From an uncultured Verrucomicrobiae bacterium (GTDB lineage: Bacteria > Verrucomicrobiota > Verrucomicrobiia > Chthoniobacterales > UBA10450): a stretch of DNA of 64,000 nt. A program made the translations under genes and the position numbers. The DNA is taken from NCBI GenBank assembly GCA_963756875.1, contig CAVWPA010000003.1, positions 512,001 through 576,000 of the forward strand, given 5' to 3'. Positions 48,178-57,405 of this stretch are shown piece after piece (position 1 is the stretch's first letter; every line of letters starts with the position of its first letter). The notes under the pieces are model-generated. The model was not told the origin of the DNA and did not search any database. It worked only from the letters and a program-made list of their open reading frames with translations.

Positions 48178-49164
48178 ATGGACCCGCAGCCGCTCGATTT
48201 CGAAAAGCCAATCTTTGAGCTGAAACGCCGGTTGGAGGACCTGAAGGAACACTCCGACCAGCACGACGTCGATCTCGACTCCGAGGTGGAAGCAATCGAA
48301 GCGAAGATTCGCGAAACGCGGCGTCAGATTTACGGCAACCTCACGGCCTGGCAGCGAGTGCAAATTGCGCGGCACGTGCAGCGGCCTTTCGCGCTCGATT
48401 ATATCGAACGTTGTTTCACCGGCTGGATCGAGCTGCACGGTGACCGGCATTTTGCCGACGACAAGGCAATGCCGTGCGGTCTGGCCATGCTCGGCTCTCA
48501 ACGGTGTGTCGTTATCACCCACCAAAAGGGCCGCAACACGAAAGAAAACGTAATGCGCAACTTTGGATGCGCGCATCCGGAAGGTTATCGCAAAGGATTG
48601 CGTTTAATGAAGCTGGCCGAAAAATTCAGAATGCCTGTCATTTCACTGATCGATACTCCGGGCGCGTATCCGGGCATTGGCTCGGAAGAACGTCACATTT
48701 CCGAAGCGATTGCGGTGAATCTGCGCGAGATGATGAACCTGCCCGTGCCGATTGTCGCCGCAGTCATCGGAGAAGGGGGCTCGGGCGGCGCGCTCGGGAT
48801 CGGTGTCGCCGATCGCGTTCTTATTCTGGAGAACGCCTATTACTCCGTCATCAGCCCGGAAGCCTGCTCCGCAATTCTCTGGCGCGACCGGCGTCACGCG
48901 CCGGAGGCAGCCGAAGCGTTGAAATTGACTGCGCAGGATCTGTTGAAACTCCATGTCGTGGATGAAGTTGTTGCGGAGCCCGAGGAAGGCGCGCATCGCG
49001 ATTACGATACAGCCGCGGCAAATCTTGGGACGGCGCTTCGTCAGAACCTGGAGCGGGTCATAAAAATCCCGGTCGAAGAATTGCTCGAGAGGCGCTATAA
49101 CAAATTCCGTGCCCTTGGCAATTTTGCCGAAGGCAGGGCCTCAACTTCATCGGCGCGCTCCTGA
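48178..49164 (+). CDS. accA: Acetyl-CoA carboxylase carboxyltransferase alpha subunit
   Basis: LDFEKPI, ELHGDR, PEGYRK, IDTPGAYPG, GEGGSGGALG, YSVISPE. Confidence 0.97.
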   Translation: MDPQPLDFEKPIFELKRRLEDLKEHSDQHDVDLDSEVEAIEAKIRETRRQIYGNLTAWQRVQIARHVQRPFALDYIERCFTGWIELHGDRHFADDKAMPCGLAMLGSQRCVVITHQKGRNTKENVMRNFGCAHPEGYRKGLRLMKLAEKFRMPVISLIDTPGAYPGIGSEERHISEAIAVNLREMMNLPVPIVAAVIGEGGSGGALGIGVADRVLILENAYYSVISPEACSAILWRDRRHAPEAAEALKLTAQDLLKLHVVDEVVAEPEEGAHRDYDTAAANLGTALRQNLERVIKIPVEELLERRYNKFRALGNFAEGRASTSSARS

Positions 49165-49166
49165 TC

Positions 49167-49964
49167 GTGTTTCGGCGACATCTTTATTCATCTGCATGGT
49201 TCGCCGGCCTGGCGTTTTTCTGCGCGGCCGCGTCGCATGATGCGGTCCGGCCAAAGTTCCGATTTGGCCGCGACACGTTCGCTTTCACAAATAACACCGT
49301 TTTCGAATACAAGGGAGGCCACGCGCACCTTCGGAAGAACGACCCGCAAGAACGCAAGCGCCGTTATACCCGGCGCTGTTTTGTGATGTGCCGCACCACA
49401 ATGCAGTTTTACAAATTCGCGCGCTTCGATCCTCACGGAGCGCCGTTGGACGATGAGCAACTTGCCGCGCGCATCCGCATGGTTACCAAGCGTGCCGCAT
49501 GGGATCCGCCACTGCCGGAGAATCGGCGGATCGTTTTTCCGGGCTACGCCAACCTTCATGCAATCAGCAAAGCGCGGCAGGGGGTCTTTCAGAAGAACAT
49601 CGGCCTTGGCTGGCCGACTTATTTTCGCCTCGGCAACAACCGAATGGTTTGGGATTACAGCCGCGGGTATCAAGAGCAGATGCACAGGAACATGGACGCG
49701 GCCCTGGAGCGCGGCCAGTTGTTTGTCGGTTATCTCACGACGTTTCCCAGCTTTACCATTAATCATTCCGTGCTGGTGTACGCGCACAAGCCTGGCGGCG
49801 CCGATGGTCGCGATCATTATCTCGTTTTCGATCCCAACCACAGCGATAAGCCGCGCAACCTGGCCTGGTCGCCACGCGACCGCGCGTTTTATTATGAAAA
49901 AGACTGGGACTTTGTGGGCGGGCGCGTTCGCCTGTTTCAAGTTTACGGCAAACCGTTGCAGTAA
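49167..49964 (+). CDS. Hypothetical exported protein, possible papain-fold enzyme
   Basis: Signal-like N-terminus; RCFVMC...INHSVLVY...YLVFDPN. Confidence 0.65.
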   Translation: MFRRHLYSSAWFAGLAFFCAAASHDAVRPKFRFGRDTFAFTNNTVFEYKGGHAHLRKNDPQERKRRYTRRCFVMCRTTMQFYKFARFDPHGAPLDDEQLAARIRMVTKRAAWDPPLPENRRIVFPGYANLHAISKARQGVFQKNIGLGWPTYFRLGNNRMVWDYSRGYQEQMHRNMDAALERGQLFVGYLTTFPSFTINHSVLVYAHKPGGADGRDHYLVFDPNHSDKPRNLAWSPRDRAFYYEKDWDFVGGRVRLFQVYGKPLQ

Positions 49965-50031
49965 AGCGTCATCCAATTAAAGGAACAAGCGCTGCCAGAC
50001 CCGCCCATTCCATTGAGCGGCAGGACGAAAA

Positions 50032-50093
50032 CTGTGGCGGCAGACATGTCGCCTGCGTCTGTCGCGATGCAGCCGGCACGGCTGCCACTACAG
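50032..50093. repeat. REP doublet (degenerate GTAG type)
   Basis: CTGTGGCGGCAGACATGTCGCCTGC ... GCAGCCGGCACGGCTGCCACTACAG. Confidence 0.6.
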
Positions 50094-50112
50094 AAATAGC
50101 CGCGAACGTAAC

Positions 50113-50910
50113 TCACGGCGGAAATAGAAACCGCAGAGCCGGCTCGACGCGTGCAGCCCACGCGCCTTCGCTGTGGTCTCCCCCTTCGGCTTCCATGTAA
50201 AGAAGGTCGTCCCCAACTTTCCAGCCTTTCTCGACCAGACGATTGCATAATTCGCGCGCCTGTTCCCAGCCGGGTTCATTGGTTCCGGTATCGAGCCAGA
50301 TTCTCACCGGCGGTTTTTGTTCGATTGAATCGACCAGCCGGTAGATGGCGAATTCGTCCCACCAGATCGATGGAGACATTACCATCAACCGCGTAAACGC
50401 GTGCGGATACAAAATTCCAATCGCCAGCGTGACCAGTCCGCCCAGCGACGATCCACCCAGGCCGGTAAACTCCGCTTCCGGCTTCGTCCGGTATTTATTG
50501 TCGATGTACGGTTTGAGTTCTTCCATCAGGAACCCGCCATATTGGCGCGCGAGCCCGCGGCTCCGTTTTTTCCGTTTTGCCTTGGCGTCGATCACTCCGC
50601 GGGTCGGCGCGTACTCGTCGATGCGATGCTCGCCCATGTTCGCGACCGCGACGACGATAAGTGGTTCGATTAGGTTTTCGCGAACCAGTCGCTCCACCGT
50701 TTCGTCAACGCCCCATTCCACACCCGCAAACGCTGTCGCGGCGTCGAAAACATTCTGTCCGTCGTGCAAATATAAAACCGGATAGCGTTTTCTGGGGAGA
50801 GATCGATAACCCGGCGGGAGGTATACCAGAACGTCGCGCCTGTTTCCCAGAATCGTGGACGGGAAACGGCGATGACGTTTGATGTTTCCGGTCAGGGTAT
50901 GTTTCGCCAT
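50113..50910 (-). CDS. Alpha/beta hydrolase (Fes/IroE-like putative esterase)
   Basis: VYLPPGY, YPVLYLHDGQN, GGSSLGG, SPSIWW, DHSE.AW. Confidence 0.9.
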   Translation of the reverse strand: MAKHTLTGNIKRHRRFPSTILGNRRDVLVYLPPGYRSLPRKRYPVLYLHDGQNVFDAATAFAGVEWGVDETVERLVRENLIEPLIVVAVANMGEHRIDEYAPTRGVIDAKAKRKKRSRGLARQYGGFLMEELKPYIDNKYRTKPEAEFTGLGGSSLGGLVTLAIGILYPHAFTRLMVMSPSIWWDEFAIYRLVDSIEQKPPVRIWLDTGTNEPGWEQARELCNRLVEKGWKVGDDLLYMEAEGGDHSEGAWAARVEPALRFLFPP

Positions 50911-51037
50911 GTAAAACCAGATGCTTGGTTGAAGTGGAATGGAGCGCAAGTCTCCGATGCGCGGTTCAGATGAATTCCTCTCCACGGCGAACTTGCGATT
51001 TAGACGGGTCGCAGCCAAACTGGCGGCCTTCAAACCG

Positions 51038-51748
51038 ATGAACGAACGCTACGTTAAGTGGTACACGCCTTATCTCAGTCGCGAGTTTGAAATGCTGATC
51101 TTTGGAAACGGCGGCGGTCTGCCGCTGCTTTTATTTCCCACGTCTAATGCGCGTTATTACGAGAACAAGGACTTTGGGCTGGTAGGCGCCATCAGCGGTT
51201 TCATCGATTCGGGCAGAGTGACCGTTTACTGCCCGGACGCCATCGACCGGGACAGTTTGTACAACAAATCGATTCATCCCGCCGACCGAATGCGGACGTA
51301 CAACGCCTATGAAAACGTGATCGTAAACGACGTGTTCGATCGGGCACGGCGCGAATGCAATTGTCAGCGCGTTGCAGTTTGCGGGGCGAGCCTGGGTGCC
51401 TATCACGCGGGCAACATCGCGTTTCGTCACCCGGATTTAGTCAGCTATTTCATCAGCTTGAGCGGTTCGTTCGATATCAGCTCATTTTTTGACGGCTATT
51501 ACGACGACAACATCTATTTCAACAGCCCGTTTCATTATCTGGCGAACTGCCCCGACCCCTGGAAATACAACCACATGGGCATCATCGTCAGCACCGGCGA
51601 ATGGGACGTGACTCGCCAGGAAAGCGTGCGGCTCTCGGAGATCCTCAACTCAAAAGGGATTCGCCATTTCTTCGACGACCGGAAATGGTCCGGCCACGAT
51701 TGGAATTACTGGGCCGATTCGCTGCCGTACTACCTGTCGCTGCTGTGA
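51038..51748 (+). CDS. Putative esterase (alpha/beta hydrolase)
   Basis: LFPTS, GASLGAYHA, DDNIYFNSP, GHDWNYW. Confidence 0.88.
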   Translation: MNERYVKWYTPYLSREFEMLIFGNGGGLPLLLFPTSNARYYENKDFGLVGAISGFIDSGRVTVYCPDAIDRDSLYNKSIHPADRMRTYNAYENVIVNDVFDRARRECNCQRVAVCGASLGAYHAGNIAFRHPDLVSYFISLSGSFDISSFFDGYYDDNIYFNSPFHYLANCPDPWKYNHMGIIVSTGEWDVTRQESVRLSEILNSKGIRHFFDDRKWSGHDWNYWADSLPYYLSLL

Positions 51749-51775
51749 GCGCGCTCCGCGCTTTTGATTTTTAAT

Positions 51776-51839
51776 TGTAGGGCGTTTCTGTGAAACGCCA
51801 ATTGTGATGAGCAGCGTCCGCCGCGGCGGACGCCCTACA
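51776..51839. repeat. GTAG-type REP doublet
   Basis: TGTAGGGCGTTTCTGTGAAACGCC ... GCGTCCGCCGCGGCGGACGCCCTACA. Confidence 0.75.
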
Positions 51840-51964
51840 CAATCCGATCCTTGGCTTCGCTCGGGACAACGCGTATCGCGGCATCAGAGAGGTCGGCGTC
51901 TACAATCTTGCTGTATGCGGGAAGTTGGCAGGTTTCGTATTGTTAGTCTGAACACACCTTGGTG

Positions 51965-52831
51965 ATGACAGAAAAACGAATCGTTCTTGGCGCGCACATG
52001 TCGATTGGCGGCGGCGCGCACATGGCAATAGAGCGTGCCCGCTCGATTCGCTGCAATGCCATGCAGATTTTCGTAAAAAACAACATGCAATGGTTCGCGC
52101 GCCCACTTACGCGCGACGAAATTTCCTCTTTTCTCGAACATCGGCAACGCGGCGAACTTTTGTCGGTCTTTGCGCATGCCAATTATCTCATCAATCTCGC
52201 CGCCACGAACCCGCGGTTTTACGCTAATTCGTTGCGCGCGTTGTCGGAAGAACTGATACGCGCCGATCAACTTGAATTGCCGTTCCTCGTTTTGCATCCG
52301 GGCGCGCATCTTGGCATGGGCGAAGAAGCAGGGCTCAACAAGATTGTCGCGTCCATCGACAAAGTGTTGCGCAAAATCCCAAAAGTGAAAACCCGCATTG
52401 CGCTGGAAACGACTGCCGGACAAGGATCGTGCCTGGGTCACACTTTCGAGCAGATCGCTTACATTATCGGCAACGCCCGCGAGCCGGAGCGGCTCTCCGT
52501 TTGCCTCGACACGGCACACGTTTTTGCCGCCGGTTACGATATCGGCAGCGAAGAGGCCACCCGGAAAACATTTCGCGAATTCGATCGTCTCATCGGACTG
52601 GACAGGTTGGTGGCGATCCACGTGAACGATTCCAAAACGGCGCGTGGCTCCCGTGTAGATCGGCACCAGCACATCGGCAAAGGAAAAATCGGGCTCGATG
52701 CTTTCCGTTTCATCGTACGCGACCGCCGCTTTGGGAAAATTCCGAAAGTGCTGGAAACGCCGAAGGGGAAGGAGCTGCGGGAAGATGTGATGAACCTAAG
52801 GACGTTGCGAGCGCTTGCCCGCAACAAATGA
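51965..52831 (+). CDS. nfo: Endonuclease IV
   Basis: GAHMSIGGG, HANYLINL, VLHPG, LETTAGQG, CLDTAH, HVNDS, DRHQHIG, LETP. Confidence 0.96.
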   Translation: MTEKRIVLGAHMSIGGGAHMAIERARSIRCNAMQIFVKNNMQWFARPLTRDEISSFLEHRQRGELLSVFAHANYLINLAATNPRFYANSLRALSEELIRADQLELPFLVLHPGAHLGMGEEAGLNKIVASIDKVLRKIPKVKTRIALETTAGQGSCLGHTFEQIAYIIGNAREPERLSVCLDTAHVFAAGYDIGSEEATRKTFREFDRLIGLDRLVAIHVNDSKTARGSRVDRHQHIGKGKIGLDAFRFIVRDRRFGKIPKVLETPKGKELREDVMNLRTLRALARNK

Positions 52832-52905
52832 CGAAGCACGAATGACCAATGACGAAAAAGAGGCGTTCTCTATTTCACTATCCGGAGTTTCGTGCATTCG
52901 TCATT
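52827..52905. repeat. 7-nt-period AATGACG array and its inverse
   Basis: AATGACGAAGCACGAATGACCAATGACGAA ... TTCGTGCATTCGTCATT. Confidence 0.65.
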
Positions 52906-53297
52906 TATTTGATGAACCGAATGGCGAGGGGATAACGGTAAAGTTTTCCTTCGCTCGCTTGAATGGACGCGATGATGACGAACACCGTGTTCAGCACCCA
53001 AAGCACGATCAGAATCGGGATGCCGATAAGAACGAGACAAAGAATCGCGGCGATTGCGTCGTAAATCAGCATGGAGATCTGAAAGTTGAGCGATTCCTTT
53101 CCATGCGCGTCGATCTCGGCCGAATCGCCGCGTTTGATCAGCCAAACGATGAGCGGGCCGAGAAGATGACCGAGAAAATGAAGAAACAATCCGAGCAACG
53201 CGCTTGCGTGGCAAAGCACGCACCAGAGACGGACATCGGAGGAGGTCGAAGGGGCAGTCGGCGATGGAAGCGGGGGCGGGGGCGGTGATTGGTCCAT
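52905..53297 (-). CDS. DUF4870 (Tic20-like) membrane protein
   Basis: LCHAS, GPLIVWLIK, HGKESLNFQIS, G..YRYP. Confidence 0.9.
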   Translation of the reverse strand: MDQSPPPPPLPSPTAPSTSSDVRLWCVLCHASALLGLFLHFLGHLLGPLIVWLIKRGDSAEIDAHGKESLNFQISMLIYDAIAAILCLVLIGIPILIVLWVLNTVFVIIASIQASEGKLYRYPLAIRFIK

Positions 53298-53310
53298 ATC
53301 TGTTTAAGTT

Positions 53311-53445
53311 TAATGACGAATGACGAATGTCTAATGACGAAAGGGAGACGCCACTTAATTCAGCATTCAGGTTTGGTCATTTTGCACCATCGTGGCATCG
53401 GCTTCCAGCCGATACGCTGCAAAATCGGCAGGATGCCGATTTCAC
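53311..53445. repeat. AATGACG inverted array followed by GTGG-type REP doublet
   Basis: AATGACGAATGACGAATGTCTAATGACGAA ... GGTCATT; GTGGCATCGGCTTCCAGCCGAT ... ATCGGCAGGATGCCGAT. Confidence 0.6.
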
Positions 53446-53446
53446 T

Positions 53447-54706
53447 TTATCCCTTTACTCGCTCGATGTGGGCGCCGAGTTCACTTAGTTTTTCATCGAG
53501 GTGTTCGTAGCCGCGGTCGATGTGATAAACCCGGCTGACCTCGGTGACGCCTTCCGCTTTCAGCCCGGCGAGCACGAGCGCGGCGGACGCGCGCAAATCG
53601 CTCGCCATTACTGGCGCTCCGAGGAGACGGTCGACGCCGCGAATCACAGCGGTGGCGCCTTCCAGGTCCATTTGTGCTCCCATGCGCTTTAATTCGGCAA
53701 CGTGCATGTAACGCTGCGGGAAAATATTCTCCGTGATTACGCTGGTGCCTTCCGTTGTGGAAAGCAACGCGCACATTTGCGCCTGCATATCTGTCGGAAA
53801 TCCCGGATACGGCTCAGTGCCCAGCTCCAGCGGGACGGCTGTGCCATTCGGTGAAATCGAGATCGTCTCTTTATCGATGCTTACTGGAAATCCACACTTT
53901 TTCAGGGCCTCTGTGACCGCGGTCAAATGCAACGGCTCGACGCGTTTGAGAGTAACGCCTGCCCCGGAAATCGCGCCTGCCACGAGAAATGTTCCGGCTT
54001 CGATCCGATCCGGAATAATATCGTGTTCGGTGCCATGCAGTTCGGGAACGCCTTCGATGATAATGCGGCGTGTTCCGGCGCCTTCGATTTTCGCGCCCAT
54101 TTTGTTCAGAAAGTTTGCCAGATCCACCACTTCCGGTTCCTGAGCGGCGCCTTCGATGACGGTTGTGCCTTCGGTCAGAACGGCGGCCATCATGATATTG
54201 TCCGTGCCGAGAACAGTCGGACCGAATTTGCCATGGGCTGTGACAATCGCTCCGGTAAGCTTCGGCGCGAAGACTTTGACGTTTCCACTTTCGACGCGCA
54301 CGGCGGCGCCGAGCGCTTCGAAGCCTTTCAAATGCAAATCGATCGGCCGATCGCCGATAACGCAGCCGCCCGGCATCGAGACCGTCGCTTCCTTGCAGCG
54401 GCCGAGTAACGGCCCGAGCACGCAGACCGAGGCGCGCATTTTTCGAACAACGTCGTATGGTGCGACCGAGGCCACGTTTTCGGCCGTCACGCTAACCGTG
54501 CCGCTGGCGCGTTCCACCTGCGCGCCGAGGTGCGTCAGGATTTGCAGCATGTAATGGGTGTCGCTCAGGTCCGGCACGCGCCGAATGATGCACGGCTCGC
54601 GCGTCAGCAGCGTGGCCGCCAGGATCGGCAGCGCGGAGTTTTTCGAGCCGCTAATCTTGATAGAGCCCGAGAGGGGATGGCCGCCGTGGATGCGTATCTT
54701 ATCCAT
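53447..54706 (-). CDS. murA: UDP-N-acetylglucosamine 1-carboxyvinyltransferase
   Basis: GSKNSALP, RKMRAS, PGGCVIGDRPID, PDRIEAGT, PGFPTDMQ, DLRASA, HIDRGYE. Confidence 0.97.
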   Translation of the reverse strand: MDKIRIHGGHPLSGSIKISGSKNSALPILAATLLTREPCIIRRVPDLSDTHYMLQILTHLGAQVERASGTVSVTAENVASVAPYDVVRKMRASVCVLGPLLGRCKEATVSMPGGCVIGDRPIDLHLKGFEALGAAVRVESGNVKVFAPKLTGAIVTAHGKFGPTVLGTDNIMMAAVLTEGTTVIEGAAQEPEVVDLANFLNKMGAKIEGAGTRRIIIEGVPELHGTEHDIIPDRIEAGTFLVAGAISGAGVTLKRVEPLHLTAVTEALKKCGFPVSIDKETISISPNGTAVPLELGTEPYPGFPTDMQAQMCALLSTTEGTSVITENIFPQRYMHVAELKRMGAQMDLEGATAVIRGVDRLLGAPVMASDLRASAALVLAGLKAEGVTEVSRVYHIDRGYEHLDEKLSELGAHIERVKG

Positions 54707-55541
54707 ACTTGGCAAAGAGGAACCGCGGAGTACCTGCATAATCCTTTTTCGACTCGATGTCGTGATAATTTTTTTGCGCGAGAAGGTCGCAGAGCGCTTC
54801 GCGCTGGCCGATCCCAATCTCCAGCGCGAGCAGGCCGCCCGGCTGGAAATGCACTGGCGCCCGCTCGATGAGCGCGCGGACCAGCTCGTCGCCGTGCTCG
54901 CCTCCGAACAGCGCGGTCTCGGGGTCCCGCAAAACCTCCGGCGAAAGTGATTGTCGATCTTGCATGGCGATATATGGAAGATTCGCGACAATCACATCGA
55001 ATCTTTCAGGATTTTTTTCGAGAAGGTTACTCTGAGTGAATTGGACCCGCGCGCTCAAGCCGAGCCGCTCCGCGTTCTCCCGCGCCAGGGCCAGCGCATC
55101 TTCTGAAACATCGACAGCAAAAATTTGCGCGTCCGGAAACTTGTTCGCCAGACTCAGGGCGATGACACCCGATCCGGTCCCCACGTCGACGATTCGAAGC
55201 CCGGAGCCCGGAGCGCGGAGCATGGGGCCCAGCGACTCGACGAGCTCTTCTGTTTCCGGCCGGGGAACCAGGGCTCGTTTGTCGCAAAGAAACGTCTGTC
55301 CGCAAAACTCGACCGTGCCCAGCAAATGCTGAAGAGGCTCGCCTTCACCGCGCCTTCGGACCAGCTCGCGCAGTGGCGCAAGCTCCGACTCGTTCAGCGG
55401 GCGCTCGAATTCCAGATAAAGTTCCATGCGCGTGCGTCCGAGCACGTGCGCGAGCAGATGCTCCGCGTTCAAACGCGGATTCTCGATCTTTCGTTTGTTC
55501 AAAAAATCGGCGCTCGCTTGCAGCACTTCGAGCAAAGTCAT
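54699..55541 (-). CDS. prmC: Release factor glutamine methyltransferase
   Basis: GEPLQH, LVPRPETE, DVGTGSG, NLPY; downstream of prfA. Confidence 0.95.
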   Translation of the reverse strand: MTLLEVLQASADFLNKRKIENPRLNAEHLLAHVLGRTRMELYLEFERPLNESELAPLRELVRRRGEGEPLQHLLGTVEFCGQTFLCDKRALVPRPETEELVESLGPMLRAPGSGLRIVDVGTGSGVIALSLANKFPDAQIFAVDVSEDALALARENAERLGLSARVQFTQSNLLEKNPERFDVIVANLPYIAMQDRQSLSPEVLRDPETALFGGEHGDELVRALIERAPVHFQPGGLLALEIGIGQREALCDLLAQKNYHDIESKKDYAGTPRFLFAKYG

Positions 55542-55544
55542 GGA

Positions 55545-55988
55545 TTACACGCCGATGTCTTCATTCCACAATTCCGGATTCTTCGCGATGAACTCACGCA
55601 TCATATCGATGCACTCCTGGTCCTCGATCAGGTCAAGGATCACGCCGTTGCTACGCAGCAAATCTTCGGGGCCCTTGAACGTGACATTCTCACCGATCAC
55701 CACTCGTGGAACTTGATAAAGCAGAATCGCTCCCGCGCACATGGCGCAAGGCGAAAGCGTCGTGTAGATCGTGCATCGGCGATACACCTCGGTCTTTTGT
55801 CGCCCGGCGTTTTCGAGGCAATTCATTTCGGCGTGATGAATGACGCTCCCTTTTTGCACGCGCTGATTGCGTCCGCGTCCAATGATTTCGCCGTCGCAAA
55901 CAAGCACAGACCCGATCGGTATGCCGCCTTCCCTGAGACCGCGCCTTGCCTCTTCCATTGCAGCGCGAAGGAAAACGTCGCCGCTCAT
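55545..55988 (-). CDS. Zn-dependent cytosine/nucleoside deaminase (fungal Fcy1-like)
   Basis: [31 protein letters not shown]. Confidence 0.88.
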   Translation of the reverse strand: MSGDVFLRAAMEEARRGLREGGIPIGSVLVCDGEIIGRGRNQRVQKGSVIHHAEMNCLENAGRQKTEVYRRCTIYTTLSPCAMCAGAILLYQVPRVVIGENVTFKGPEDLLRSNGVILDLIEDQECIDMMREFIAKNPELWNEDIGV

Positions 55989-57064
55989 GCGCTCAAAGAC
56001 GTTTCCTTCAGTCGCTCCGACACGTCTGCGATCTGCAGCGCGCCGATCAACTCCTCGAGGTCGCCCTCCATCACACGGTCCAGATTATAAAGCGTCAGAC
56101 CGATGCGATGATCCGTGACCCGGTTCTGCGGGAAATTATACGTCCGAATTTTCTCTTCCCTGCTGCCGGTACCGATCTGGCCGCGGCGCTGGGCGCTGTA
56201 TTTTTCCGCTTCTTCATGCTGTTTTCGCTCAAGCAGACGGGACCGTAGGATCGATAGCGCGCGTTCCTTGTTTTTGATCTGACTACGGCCATCCTGACAG
56301 CGAACAATCGTTCCCGTCGGGATATGCAGGACCTGCACCGCCGAATCGGTGGTGTTCACGCCTTGGCCGCCCGGACCGCCCGCGCGGGAGACTTCAATCC
56401 GCAAATCTTCCGGCTTCAGCTCAACATCGACATCTTCAGCCTCGGGCAGCACCGCAACGGTTGCAGTCGATGTATGAATGCGGCCCTGCGCTTCCGTTGC
56501 CGGGACGCGTTGGACACGATGCACGCCGCTTTCGTAGCGTAATTTGCGAAAAACCGACGCACCGGAAACGCGGAAGATCACTTCCTTGAGGCCGCCCAAT
56601 TCCGAAGGACTCGATTCCAGGTCCTCGACTTTTAACCCGGCCGATTCGGCATAGCGATTGTACATCCGGTAAAGATCGGCCGCGAAAATGGCGGCTTCGC
56701 TGCCACCTGTGCCGGCGCGAATCTCCACAATCGCGTCCCGGTCTTCGTTTTCATCGGGCGGCAGCAGCGCGATTTGCAATTCGCGCTCGAGGTCGGCGAC
56801 TCGCTTTTCGAGATCGGGGATCTCGTCATCGGCCATGGCCGCCATTTCAACGTCCGGGGAGGTGGCCAGTTCGCGATTATTGTCGAGCTGCTTTCGCGCC
56901 AGCTCGAGTTCGTTCCATCGGGCGAGCAAATTCTTGATGCCGGCGTGTTCGCGCATGATTTCGCCGGCGCGTTTACGATTGTCGAAAAGGCGCGGGTCGG
57001 CAATTTCGCGTTCGAGTTCTTCGAAGCGCTCGCGTTTGCGTTGGATGAGAAGATCAAAGTCCAT
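55985..57064 (-). CDS. prfA: Peptide chain release factor 1
   Basis: [22 protein letters not shown] (PxT), [22 protein letters not shown]. Confidence 0.97.
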   Translation of the reverse strand: MDFDLLIQRKRERFEELEREIADPRLFDNRKRAGEIMREHAGIKNLLARWNELELARKQLDNNRELATSPDVEMAAMADDEIPDLEKRVADLERELQIALLPPDENEDRDAIVEIRAGTGGSEAAIFAADLYRMYNRYAESAGLKVEDLESSPSELGGLKEVIFRVSGASVFRKLRYESGVHRVQRVPATEAQGRIHTSTATVAVLPEAEDVDVELKPEDLRIEVSRAGGPGGQGVNTTDSAVQVLHIPTGTIVRCQDGRSQIKNKERALSILRSRLLERKQHEEAEKYSAQRRGQIGTGSREEKIRTYNFPQNRVTDHRIGLTLYNLDRVMEGDLEELIGALQIADVSERLKETSLSA

Positions 57065-57066
57065 AT

Positions 57067-57120
57067 TGTAGCCGCGGTCGCCGACCGCGGAGGAGGCCGG
57101 GGTTGACGACCCCAGCTACA
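57067..57120. repeat. GTAG-type REP doublet between rpmE and prfA
   Basis: TGTAGCCGCGGTCGCCGACCGCGG ... CCGGGGTTGACGACCCCAGCTACA. Confidence 0.7.
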
Positions 57121-57128
57121 CAATTCAG

Positions 57129-57356
57129 CTAAACTTTCTTGCCGACGCGCGCGGCTTTGGTGCTGCCGTAACGGCGCGCGAACTTCTCGACGCGACCGGC
57201 GGTGTCGATAAATTTTTGTTCGCCGGTGAAAAACGGATGACAAGCGGCACAAATACCGATTCTAATATCGCGGCGTGTGGAACGCGTGTGGTAAACCGCG
57301 CCGCATGCGCACACGATGTCGGTCTCGTGATATTCCGGATGGATACTCGCTTTCAT
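57129..57356 (-). CDS. rpmE: 50S ribosomal protein L31 (Zn-binding type)
   Basis: [33 protein letters not shown]. Confidence 0.97.
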   Translation of the reverse strand: MKASIHPEYHETDIVCACGAVYHTRSTRRDIRIGICAACHPFFTGEQKFIDTAGRVEKFARRYGSTKAARVGKKV

Positions 57357-57405
57357 CTTCAAAAAGGAGCGCGAACTTAACCGCGTGGGGCCTCTCGTGC
57401 AAGGG

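Noticed and set aside
53447..54991. N-terminal extensions in the ORF track (murA 514 aa, rpmE 125 aa, TPR 864 aa, GT2 from 2582)
   Set aside because: The extensions overlap neighbouring genes or repeats; downstream ATGs match the family N-termini.
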